NCBI GenBank assembly: GCA_001600815.1
Contig: BCKZ01000003.1
Span: 500,581-564,580 of the forward strand
DNA: 64,000 bases
Direction: 5' to 3'
Source of the DNA: Alloascoidea hylecoeti
Taxonomy: Eukaryota
Positions 11,785-23,433 of the stretch are shown piece after piece. A program made the translations under genes and the position numbers. Positions within the stretch are counted from its first letter, which is position 1; every line of letters starts with the position of its first letter. The notes beneath the pieces are model-generated. The model saw only the letters and a program-made list of their open reading frames with translations. It made no database searches and had not been told where the DNA came from.

Positions 11785-13886
11785 TTACGTAAGGTCGCGG
11801 ACAATCCCGGCCAGCCGCTTGTAGTCCTGCAGCAGTGCAGCCACGTCCCCAAGCGTCAGCTGACTCACATCCTCACAACCCTCAAACCGCTCGATCGGCA
11901 TTTTGGCAGGCCTGCGCGGTGCGGTCTGCAGCGAGCGTGTTCTTGTTTGCGACTGGGTCCGGCTGCGGGTTCGCGAGTTCGTGAACACGCTCAGAAAGCC
12001 ACTGCCGTTTGTGCTGGAGCTCGATAGCGGCAGGTCATTACTGCTGCCATTGTTCCCCAACGCCGCGTGCAACGGGTCACTCAACCCACCTGTGCCACTA
12101 GTGTTCCCACCGGCACTAGCTCCAACCCCTTCCGTCTCCGTCTCCGATTCCGCCTCGAGCTCCGAAAGTGATTGCTGTGAAAACGATGCATTCCGCGACG
12201 AATGTGAATGGAATCCATTACCCGCTGATGACACCGATGTTGAGGGGGTCGGAATTGGTGGCTTCAAGTTAGAGTTGCTCCGATTACGTGTGGAAATTGA
12301 TAAGATGTTTTGTAATGAATTGATAGACGAAGAGCGTGATCGATTTCTTTCATTCGATAATACCGAATCATTTGAATTGTTTGACCTTAAACTTCGAATT
12401 ATTCCTAGATTTGGTATGCGGTTTAATGGATTAAGACTTTCTGATTGTGATGATGATGAGCTTGGTGATGTAGGTAATGATTCATTGACTCCAACAATCT
12501 TTTTAACTTCTGAAAGCGTTTTTGGATAATTCACGCTTGTTGATTGTTGTTGAGCATTTGAATTTGCATTTGAATTTGAATTTGAATTTGAATTTGTTAA
12601 TCTTCCAAATAATTTATTGAATGATTCGACGGTATTTCCAATAGCACGTAATCCTTGATCTGCTGATGCTGCTGCTGTTAATGCTAATTCTGTCGGATGT
12701 AATAAATTAAATGTTTTGGTAAAATCTGTCGATGAATTGATTCTTTTATTCTTAATGAAAGATTCAGGCCCTTGATTTGGTTTTTCAATAGGTACTGGTA
12801 ATAATTTCTTTAATGGTTCTTTAACAAGTAATAATTCTCCATATTTATCATCTTCTTCATTATATTCAATACCTAAAGATTTTAAAGTAATTGATTCTAA
12901 AAATGAACAAACTGCTTCATAATTTGTTAAAACAAATAAATGTTCTCCATTTAAACTTGATTCTTTTCTATATCTTTTAATAAATAAAAAATTTAACCAT
13001 AAGTTTGGTATATCAAAATAAATAAAACAAAAGATTAAAACTGGTAAAATTAAATCTGCACTTGCATCTTTAATACCTAATTTATTAAAAACATCTTCAA
13101 TTATTTGTTTATGAGCAAGTAATAATAATTCTAATTTTTCTAATGGATTTTTAAAATCATTTATCTTTTTTAATGTTTCACTTGAATTTTTTAAATTTTT
13201 TAAAATTATTTCATCATTTAATTCATTAACTTCCAATTGTTTTAATGAAATTTTTAATTTTTTTAAAATTTGAATTTTATTTGTTAATAAATTATTTAAA
13301 ATTAAATCATTACCTAAATTTGGTTTAAAAATTTTATTATATGATTTAAAACAAACTTGTTTTTCTGAAATTTCATCATATATAATTATTTTCATTTTTA
13401 ATTCATTTTTTTCTCTTTTTTTTAATTTAATTTCTTCTTGTGACATTAATTGTTGTGTATGAGTTTTTTGAAATGTACCATAAACAAATCTTTGATTTCT
13501 TTCATGAAATGTTTTATAAAATCTTTGATATAATATAACTATATCTTCTGGCATTAATGGTTTTTCATATCTAGGTTCTTGTAAAGAAACATAAAATCTA
13601 TCAACACCATATTAATATAATTAATTCATATTAAATATCAATAAAAAAATACTTACCGCTCAACCAATGTCTGTAACTCAGGTGGTAAAGTATCCCCTTT
13701 CTCCTTTAAATGTTTCTCCAAATATACCTTTTCATCAAACACATCTTCATCAGTCCCATCCATAATTCCATCATTTATCTTTTTTGGTGTTTGAGTTATT
13801 GCTTGTTGTTGATCTGGCATATATGATTCCTTTGCTGCCTCATCAGCCCACGGTCTTTCTGGATTAATGGGTGGCGTATGGAACAT
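11785..13886 (-). CDS. MUK1: VPS9-domain Rab5-family GEF Muk1; two exons (13886-13657, 13597-11785)
   Basis: Intron 13598-13656 (GTAAGT...TAG) joins ORF 13653-13886 in frame to give LPPELQTLVERFYVSLQEPRYEKPL; N-terminal FHTPPINP, VPS9 core SADLILPVLIF and FVLTNYEAVCSF, C-terminal LTLGDVAALLQDYK all match the Muk1 pattern. Confidence 0.88.
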
Positions 13887-14098
13887 CCAAAAACTTAGTA
13901 TTGTGTAACTAAAGCGGTGGGAAATGCCAAATTGAATTAAGCCATGTATGTACTAAACATCTGTGCTGGAATTTACCCAGATCCTGCGTAATCTTTATTT
14001 AAATATTTATGATTATCGGGTTTTCTAGAAAACTCCATCATTTTTAATTATAAACGGTACTTTTTACTGACATTTTTATGATAAAATGTTGATACAAC

Positions 14099-15040
14099 AT
14101 GTATTTACAACATGGATTAAAAAGACCTGCTGATTATATAGAAGGTGCAACATTTAAAAAACGATTAGTTGATTCTTTTAATCATTTATCATTATCTGAA
14201 TCCAATTTGAAAAATAAGCAACAAAATCAAAATTCAAATGAAATCAACAATGTTAATGAAAATGAAAATGAAATTATTGATTATATGGATATAAATGATT
14301 CAAATACTGTTTTTATACCATCAATAGATGATTTTTTAAAAGATGAATCAGATTCAGAATCAGAAAAGAAAAATCTTCAATTACAATCATTAAACAAAAA
14401 TGATAATGATAATTTAACACTTAATATTTTAGATAATTTTATATTATTAAAACCAATTGATTTATTAAATAAAAAATCATTAATTAAACCAACAAAAGAA
14501 AACCTACGAAGAAAAAAATTTAAAAAATCAAAATCATCACATAATAGTATTTTAAATAAATTATCAAGTTCAAGTCCAAGTACTGATAATTCTGATTATG
14601 ATAATGAAAGTGATTATAGTTATGACGATTATGGACAATATTATTATGATGAATATATTAGACAAAATTGGTCAATGATAATTTATAAAGATCCTAAAGA
14701 AGTAATATGGGACATTATTATGAATTGGTTAATTAATACAAATAATATAAATAATTATGATGAAAATAATATTCATAATTATAAAATTAATGAAATTAAT
14801 GATGATGATGATGATGATTATTCAACAAATGATATGGATATTGATATGAATATAGATGTTGATATGGATATTGATATTGAATCAAATTCAAATCCCATTA
14901 TTGAAGAACCTATTGATGATCAAGAACAAAGCACAAATTTTGATTATAATCAAAATCAATTACAAAATAATTTATATATTAATGATGTTTCAAATGTTGT
15001 GGAGATTAATGATGGTGATGAAGAAATGGTTTTGGATTAA
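14099..15040 (+). CDS. Uncharacterised acidic protein, probable YPL071C homolog
   Basis: 313-aa ORF; blocks KKRLVDSFNHLSL, SMIIYKDPKEVIWDIIMNWL and DMDIDMNIDVDMD resemble S. cerevisiae YPL071C as recalled; divergent from MUK1 (YPL070W) as in S. cerevisiae. Confidence 0.7.
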   Translation: MYLQHGLKRPADYIEGATFKKRLVDSFNHLSLSESNLKNKQQNQNSNEINNVNENENEIIDYMDINDSNTVFIPSIDDFLKDESDSESEKKNLQLQSLNKNDNDNLTLNILDNFILLKPIDLLNKKSLIKPTKENLRRKKFKKSKSSHNSILNKLSSSSPSTDNSDYDNESDYSYDDYGQYYYDEYIRQNWSMIIYKDPKEVIWDIIMNWLINTNNINNYDENNIHNYKINEINDDDDDDYSTNDMDIDMNIDVDMDIDIESNSNPIIEEPIDDQEQSTNFDYNQNQLQNNLYINDVSNVVEINDGDEEMVLD

Positions 15041-15169
15041 TATAATGTACTGTAGACAATAATTGATTTTATAGACATAATAATATTTATTTACTTATAT
15101 ATACCTATTATATATAATCACTAGAGATGGTTTCATAACTTAGCTGAAGTCTACATTATTTTATGATCA

Positions 15170-16690
15170 ATATTGCACTGTAGGTACAGTTAAGAGTAAA
15201 AACAACAAGTGGATATACCATAAAATGGTCCACAAATTTCAAAGTCACTGCTCTCTGTAAATACAGATACATATTCTTCTAGATTGAGTAGAAAATAAAT
15301 ATCAATATCCATATTTTACTAGAATATTAAAGTTTTTAGTCCGGTAAGGTTATGTTAGCAAACTGTAACCCATATATTTGCCAAGAACAGTTGTGTTTAA
15401 ATAAATATTGAAGCGATGAACTCACTAGACACTACAGAAGGAATCAAGTCACATAGATGGGAGAGAAAGGTAGTTCAATAGTCTCACCTATTCCATACTA
15501 TAAACAAATCATATTAATATCATCCAATTTTATAGATATCGATAATTCTTAAAGCTCAAACGTAACAAACCAGTTCAAATTCAGATTAAATATAATAGTT
15601 TCTGTTTCCATATATAATCATAGATAACTGATATAGTTCAATGAGATGGTAAACTCAACTCAAAATTAAAAAAGTTAAGGGTTTGTTATCCAATTCTTCA
15701 ATGATGCTAAAAAACAGTTAAAAATGTTATGATTATAAATTGGATACTGTTTAATTTATCATCATTATTTGAAAGATAGGCATCATTGACCAATACCATC
15801 ATGTAAAACAAAAAATCAAGCTAATGCTAGCAACAAGTAACCTTCCAAGAAACACTGGGCACACGCATTTTACTACAGTTTTTGCGAAAGCGAAGTCGTG
15901 GGAATGGTAGAGAATTAAATAACAATATGGCCGGGTAATGTTTAATGATATGCACGAGTCCCAATTTAATCGTTGATTTGATAACAACAAAAAAATCACA
16001 TTAACTAATATAAATTATACTGAATACGAGTCTGAGCGTTATACCAATGTCAAAAGAATAATAAGATATTCTACTTAATTATAATGTTTAAATATTGCTT
16101 ATAGCTCTATTATAAACATGAGTATTAAAGGATCATCTTGTGTTTCTGGTAATAGAGAACGAAGTGGAAAGGAATATCTTTGTACCAAAATTAAATGTTA
16201 AAAGCTTATTTATGTTTATGGATACCATCCCACCAGATTTGACTTTAAAAATGGTTGGATCAATTCCCTAATCGATGTTTATGTTTATGTATGAACATTG
16301 CAGGTAAGGACCATTATGGATGAATCAATGAACCTAAATGTTTGAAAGAACTCAATAATGTTTATATTAAATAATGCTCTAAAAAGCAAAACTTGGTATT
16401 TATTCGGACGATGCAATTTTTCTTTACAACCATGATAAAGATGTTGAAAAATGAAAGTAAATACTTTTGGAATTCACTATAAAATGGGTAAGTGATACCA
16501 TTGAAAAGAATCAATTGGAACTATTAGGTTTAACTTGGATATAAAATAATAATATGAGTACATTCTTGGAAATAAATTTAATATTTACAAAAATCTATAA
16601 AAAGCCATAATATTATTAAAGATAGAAAAATAAGAAAATCTACTTCACCTCATATTCCCAACGATTACATTGATAATCAGCGGATTTCTT
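15170..16690 (+). mobile_element. Decayed, internally deleted Ty1/copia pol (PR-IN-RT order; copy 2)
   Basis: Motifs in order with frameshifts and stops: PQISKSLLSVN (~15230-15262, post-protease), YIIID..YSSMRW.TQLK (~15610-15665, integrase), LMLATSNLP/KHWAHAFYYS (~15820-15880), LGIYSDDAIF (RT YxDD, 16401-16412), ELLGL and RKIRKSTSPHIPNDYID (16624-16674; cf. Ty1 RKLSAPGQPGLYID). IN before RT is the copia arrangement. Confidence 0.8.
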
Positions 16691-17584
16691 GTTGATACAT
16701 ATGGTGGGCGTCACACGACTTGTCGCACTTTAGGAAAATCAAAAATATTTTCAATACCTCTTTCAAGAAGTCTCACCACCATACCAAAACTACTTCATTT
16801 ATATTTTAATGATGACAGAAGATAGATAAATGATAAAAGAAACTTCTGTTTTTGTTAGAATTAATTTTGGACTACTCCGTCATTGTGATGAGCTGTAAAA
16901 TCTTCCAATCAAAAGTTTTAAAATATGTATAAATTACCGTATATGAATGTATGCATGCATTATGCATCATATATACTTCCAGATAGCGTATTTTCCAAAG
17001 TTGCATGCATACTACGCCCAAATTTCAAAAAAAAAAAAAGTGCGACAAGTAGTGAGACGCCAACCGTGTATAGCAGCAGTAGATGTGTATTAAATAATTA
17101 TAAAGTTTATATATTTTAAAACAAATATACGAGATATCTACTATAAGGCTTATACCCGTACATATGGCTCAAGATGAACTAGGGGTATACGACATTTATT
17201 AGTGTCGTATTTCAACGTTAACATGGCTTTACTACATGACCTTATTTGTGGGTTCTCAGTGTTAATAAACGTTACTTACGCAGCTGTTGATGGAATTTAT
17301 AAAAATCCATCTATTCACTCACATTATATTTAATTGGAAAGTTTTACTATGCATACTCCAGTTCTACATATGCATGTGGGTAAGAATATAAAAAGAGTAA
17401 AATATTAGAGATATAAAAAGTAAATAATGTACAATAATTATGAATTAACAGTTATATAAAATAACATTAATATTCGCAATTACTGAGTTCAAATTCAAGC
17501 TCACAATCTAAGGTTAAAATTTTTGAAATAAGTTGTGTTTTCTTTTTTGATATTTTTGTGTTGTCATTTGTATTTCATTTGTGC

Positions 17585-17585
<1 letters not shown>

Positions 17586-17620
<35 letters not shown>
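17586..17620. repeat. (TTTCGT)n hexamer microsatellite just downstream of the GATA-like gene
   Basis: About six units read directly. Confidence 0.9.
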
Positions 17621-17682
17621 CTTATAATATAACTGAATAGCTAAATATTGTTGAAAAATATAAGAATATAGTATTGCCCATG

Positions 17683-18660
17683 TTAATTTTTGAGAGTTGA
17701 AATACGATATTCACGTAATTCCAATAATGCTGTCGCCGCATTGAGCTCCTGCTCCATGAACCTTTCCTCCATAACTCCCAAAAAAATTTTATCGGTAGAC
17801 TCTTCCTCTGATAACTCTACCTCCGTTAACTCCTCGTTCTTGGGCTCTTCCTCCGTTGACTCTTTCACCTCAGACGCTTCCTCCCTAGGATGAAATTCCA
17901 AAACGTTATATTTTTCTGCATGTTTCATTTTTCTTACTCTCTGCGTATTGTTTCTTTCCTTCCAAGAAAAGAATTCGTCGGTCCTTTGGCCTGACTTGAA
18001 AAACTTATTACATCTGCCCCAGTATAAACCACAAGAGTTGCAGACACTTCCATAAGCTTGAATATTACGACCTTGTATTTTTGTCTTTCCTTTTTTAGTG
18101 TGGCAATAGCTGCAAGTTTTCATATTCCTCTCAGCTGATGTTTCAATTATACCAGTGGAGCTAGTATTAGCACATGTAGGAGAGTTATTATCCTCCAACT
18201 TAGCAGACTTTCTCTTTTTCTTTCTCTTAAGTTTTTCTATATTGAAATCTGACTGTAGTGTTCTTGAAGTGCTTCTCCTCGATTTTCTATCAACTATTTC
18301 AGTTGGTGATATTGTTTTTGGTTCAAAATATTTTATTCGATTAACATTTAAATTATCTGAGTTTTGTGATAAATTTGATTGTGTGGGAACATCCTTTTTT
18401 ATGAGATCAAGGTATTTAGGCTTAGAATATTTAAAAGATACCATACAAGTTGAGGGTTTCTCTGCAAACTCCTCTTGAGTGTTTGTATTATTTCCACTAT
18501 TACTATTAATAGTAGAATTCACAAACCCAATCGAGGTCCTTACGGATCCATTGGATATAGGACTCATAAATTTTTCATTTTGATTGATAGTTTGCTGCTG
18601 GACTTCTGTCAGATCTCCGAATGGTAGTGATAAACGGGAATTCAACTCAAGGCAACTCAT
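17683..18660 (-). CDS. Divergent GATA-type zinc-finger protein (C-x2-C-x20-C-x2-C)
   Basis: CSYC-x20-CNSCGLYW; basic NLS-like KLKRKKKRK; acidic C-terminus ending AATALLEL. Lacks the usual TPxWR loop. Confidence 0.7.
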   Translation of the reverse strand: MSCLELNSRLSLPFGDLTEVQQQTINQNEKFMSPISNGSVRTSIGFVNSTINSNSGNNTNTQEEFAEKPSTCMVSFKYSKPKYLDLIKKDVPTQSNLSQNSDNLNVNRIKYFEPKTISPTEIVDRKSRRSTSRTLQSDFNIEKLKRKKKRKSAKLEDNNSPTCANTSSTGIIETSAERNMKTCSYCHTKKGKTKIQGRNIQAYGSVCNSCGLYWGRCNKFFKSGQRTDEFFSWKERNNTQRVRKMKHAEKYNVLEFHPREEASEVKESTEEEPKNEELTEVELSEEESTDKIFLGVMEERFMEQELNAATALLELREYRISTLKN

Positions 18661-21600
18661 TCTTGCGATATATAATAACTGATTTTTTTGATTTGACTGT
18701 AAGCTAAAAATAAATAGAGATTTCAGAAGTGTGGTTAACAGTGTTTATCAAAATACAGGTAATAATAATAATATAAAAGATATAAGATCGTATCCTCTTC
18801 TAAAAAATATTTTATATTTTATTTTGCATTTTCCTTATTTGTCACACGCGTATAAAGTAAATGATATTAAGTTTATGTAGATGTCTCTTTTCGATCAATA
18901 TTTTTGGAACTCCAAACTTTAATCAGAGGAATGAATAAACTTGTCTACTATATGTATTGCAAAATTTGGAAAAATATTGTAGCTTCATTACTTTATTTTT
19001 ATCATGCACGTATGCATAATACTGAACCTACACAAAATTAAAAGCAACACAATATATATGGATTTTACATAGATTGCTATTATATAACCAAAATATGTAC
19101 CTATCCAATCATGTAGAGATAACTTTTCCATTACTTGCTCTAAGATTGCGATTTGGGTTTTGATGCTCGATTGCTTAATTGGATAACCTATGAAAACATG
19201 GATGCATGTGGTGAAATCGCAAGATTAGTTATTGCACCAATTACCATAATTAACAACAAAATGTAAAGCGCTCAGTACTAATGATTACCTTACACTATAG
19301 CCAAAGCGTTATATATAAAAATCAGAGTATGTATGAGACGAGGCATCCTGTTGTAATCAAGCGCTGTTTCAACTTCACTACTTCATGATTATTCACCAAT
19401 GTTACACATCATTATCCTTTTTAACTCTTTCATAACCAATATTATTTTCATGATTTTTTCAAATTTGTATAGATAATAGTAGCTTGCACTATTTTATAGT
19501 TGCATATTAGTACCGCACGCAAACTAGTGGAGATTAGAAATTAAATATTGTAGGCCATTTTGTATTTAAATATATTTTCTAGAATAGAAATAATTAAAAG
19601 ACGGATCTAATATTACTATATTTCCAAAAATAATTTTATCTTAGTGCACAACTTACAAGAGAAAAGATATATCAAACAAAGTATCATAGGTATTTTTTCC
19701 TGTAAATGTCCTTCTATAAAGTTTACATAAATCTTTGGTTGGGTAAGTAAATAGTACTCATGTAAATAATTAGTTTAATTTAGAGCTTTAATGGTCACCT
19801 GAAAATAGAAGGAACCATGCATGCTTAGTGGAGTTGAAAGAATATTCGGAGGCCAGGTAAAAAGATTTTGAAAAAATATATATGTAACCATGAGTAGGAA
19901 ATAAGAGGATGTCGCGCTATAGTATGAGGTTTTATTGGGATAAATATTCCCCTCTGCTCCATCTCTTTGAAAGTGAAGAGAAGGTGAATGTTTTGAAAAA
20001 TGCTTTCAAACTTCACCTCATCGAAGATTTGGCAATGTATTTCGGAAACAAAATAAACTTATGTAAGATAATGCATCTTTTCATATCTAACTCTATCATG
20101 TACTCGTAATTAAAAGAGGAAATAATTGAAGTGATGGAGTAGCTACATTTACTTAAGACCTGAGCCCAATTATGGTATGAGTTGCAAAAGAATTATTGTT
20201 AAAGATGAACCAGCCCTTATAATACTACAAGAAAGTAGGTAAATAATATATTAACTTGGAAAATATACTGTAAGATCTCCCAATAATATAGATCCATCTT
20301 TTTATAATATTATCTCGAACACCGAAGGTCTAGCTAGGTGGTGTGCCATCAAGAAATGGGGGTGGCTATATTGGAGGGTTGAACCACGAATATTTAATAT
20401 TCGGTATATAAAATAACTAGAAAGGAAAGATCTGGATCTTTTATTTTTCCCTAAAAAGTATGTTCTTACTTTGTTAACATATGTGTAATCTGTGATTAAA
20501 TTAATACCTGAGAGGTGGTACACTATTTTACCAGTAGCGGTACAGATGTTCATTATTTCTTGCTCTAGAGGTAAAAGCAAACCACTTTATGAAAGAACTG
20601 GATTTTCTTAACCATTAATATTCTTGCATTGTTTGTTTTCAGTCTTCATATTTCACTATAATTAAATCAGTATCTTTTATTTCTGTAGGGTGTTTTTTGC
20701 TAATAGAAATGTGAATAAGATCGAAATATAGTCGATTAACTAAATAAAAGATAGAAACAACTACTACGCTTATCATTTACCAGTTAAAATGTTATACCTA
20801 ATTATAATAATTTGTAACGAATTGAGATCTAACATACTTATATTGGACTTCAAAAACATTTATTCAAAGAAACCCAGTTCTTTTGAGTATTTAATCTTTG
20901 AATCGAAGTCCTCCATTTATTTGGAATTTTAATTTGGAGAGATATTCAAGTCGGTTGCTGTTTAGTTATCAGCATAATTGACTTCAAATCTCTTATCTTA
21001 GATGAATCAATATTAAATAATGCTTTTAATATCCATATACTCTATAGCTAGTGACAGAGAGTTTAATTAATATTAGACAGCAGTTTTATTTATAATTATA
21101 TTGCTTGTCTTTTCGAAGACCAAGCGATATCATTTCCAGTAGAAAATTTTCTTGATCATATATTATCCTCTGGTTCATCTGCTTATTAATTAACTTTTTG
21201 TTGTTAATTCTTGTTATGCTTTTAGCCCAAAAAATCAATTGATTTGATATATAGTTATTAATTATATAGCAAACATTACTGTACTTATTATGAAACTTAA
21301 TTCATCATCAGTTGTATTGATTTTATATTTGCAAATATGAACCATTTTCATCCAATAGGAAATCTCCCAATATAGTTATGCTATAGCAAATATATGTCGA
21401 TTCCCATAAACCTTATAACTAATAGAATTTTATATACTGACTCACACCCATGTTTCCTTAAGCTTCATAAATATATAAACTTATATGCTTATCCTGTGTA
21501 TATGAATCTCGGACGACGCTCGTGTAAGTTTGATATTGCTATTATATCTTCGCTTTTAAACGCAAAACCATTTTATCTCGACCGAATTCCTATGGTTCGG

Positions 21601-22294
21601 ACCATGACAGATCTGTCCAAATCACAACTTTGAAACCATCCGAAGACCCCAATTACTGTGATTTCTCCCGGGTTGAGGTTCTGAGCGGTGTGTATATCCT
21701 TCGAGGGACTCTTGTAAACATCATATCAATGGATTCAAGTACCAAGCTTTACAATGTTACACAGAGGAGTATTTCCCTATATCTATATCTACCATAGGTG
21801 GATTATGGTCAGCAAGTGTCAAACCTGTCTTTTAGACCTAGGTATACTTCTGGGCTTTCTTCCACGAATTTCGACACTCGGAATAGGGGGTATTTGACCA
21901 TTCTATCGCGTATAAATAATAATAAAACAATGACTACAGCGGACGCACTGAGTAATTCAGAATCCTCGGCTTGGAGAGCTAAAATTATTTTACATACTAT
22001 TCACTCGTATCTTATTGGATTCAATGAAGTTTCTCGGGGTTTACAGTTTTTGTAATTACAGTTACAAGAAATAAAAAAATGCAGGGACCTGTAGTAAAAC
22101 TTATAATTCCATTATGCATATGCATAATAAATGTTGGGGTCACCCTGCTTTTGCGTGTCAATTTAATCACAATCAATAACAATATATTCACTAAACCGAA
22201 TTCTCAAAAAGGGGAGATACCAAATCAGACTCTTAAAATTGGGAGATCAGGGGATCTTAAGAGTCGTGCGCCGCTACCAAATATTAGAGGAATT

Positions 22295-22710
22295 TTGTCT
22301 AGTGGATGATAGTTCCAAATAATGATGATAAATTAAATAACCAATTTGTAATCATAACATTTTTAACTGTTTTAGAATCCCTGAAGAATTGGATAACAGA
22401 CCATTAACTTTTTAGTTTTTGAGTTGAGTTTACCATCTCGTTGAACTAAACAATCATCTATGATTATATATGGAAGCAAAAACTATTATGTTTAATCTGA
22501 ATTTGAACTGGTCTAAGTATAAAACTTTAAAAAGAGACGTCATTTGTTACATTTGAGTTTCAAGAATTATCTATAAGATTAAATATTATCATAGTAGGGA
22601 GTAGGGAATAATTAATATTGGACTACCTTTCTCTCCCGTCTATATGACTTGAATTCTTCCGTTGTGCTTAGTGAGTTCCTTGGTTCAATTTATTATAAAC
22701 ACAAATGTGT
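22295..22710 (-). mobile_element. Decayed Ty1/copia integrase-region fragment (copy 3)
   Basis: Reverse complement aligns with 15395-15775 (e.g. GAGATGGTAAACTCAACTCAAAA, TGTTATCCAATTCTTCA, ACAGTTAAAAATGTTATGATTA); encodes YIIIDDC. Confidence 0.8.
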
Positions 22711-23433
22711 CAGGAATTGTTTTATTAGTCTAGAATCACTTATTTTTGGTTAGATAAAGCGTGGAGTCCATGAACAACAAAAAAAAAAGGAAAGTGAGAA
22801 TCCTTTAATAGTCTTTATTCTCAATGTTTCAAAAGGATGTTTACTAGAAAATGAGGTTCCTATATTTCATTTTGAACAGGAGTTGTGGTAATGCACAGAA
22901 TAAATAGTTTCCTTAATATTTATCTAAGGGTTTACCTATAGGGCCTTATTGACATAGGTCTAGTTATGCCAGTGGTAGTAAAATTGTTAATAATAATAAT
23001 AAAAATAGTTCGTTTTAGCCAATCGTGTTAATTCTAGATTTCTACTTGCCAAAAGCTACTTTTCCTATTTCATGAAATGATATCAATTTCATTTCATCTA
23101 TTTTCAAACATATAGAAGGTTATATTTATATGATAGTAGTAATAAACAATAAACGCAATAATAAAATACATTCTTCTTCAATTGATAATTATAAATCAAT
23201 CAAAAAATAGAATTCCAAAAATTCAAGTAAATAAAAAAAATAATATATTAATATTAATAAAATGTAATGAATAAGTAGAAATGAATATTTACAAATATTT
23301 AGGAAGAAAAGAAAAAGAAAAATAAATGAAAATTAAAAAAAGAAAAGGAAAAAGAAAAGGAAAAGGAAAAGGAAAAGCAAAAATAAAGGAAAAAAAAAAA
23401 CCCAATCAATTACAAGTGAAAAAATAAATCAAA

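Noticed and set aside
11903..12529. 208-aa plus-strand ORF and neighbours (11264-12027)
   Set aside because: Antisense shadows of MUK1 and BEM1-A, kept open by the local GC richness.
21590..21617. Adjacent hairpin ATGGT-TCGG-ACCAT and palindrome GACAGATCTGTC
   Set aside because: Isolated; no Helitron end or RNA family context could be supported.
15170..22710. DNA transposon with long terminal inverted repeats
   Set aside because: The inverted sequences are internal copia pol fragments that also occur elsewhere, and homology extends asymmetrically.
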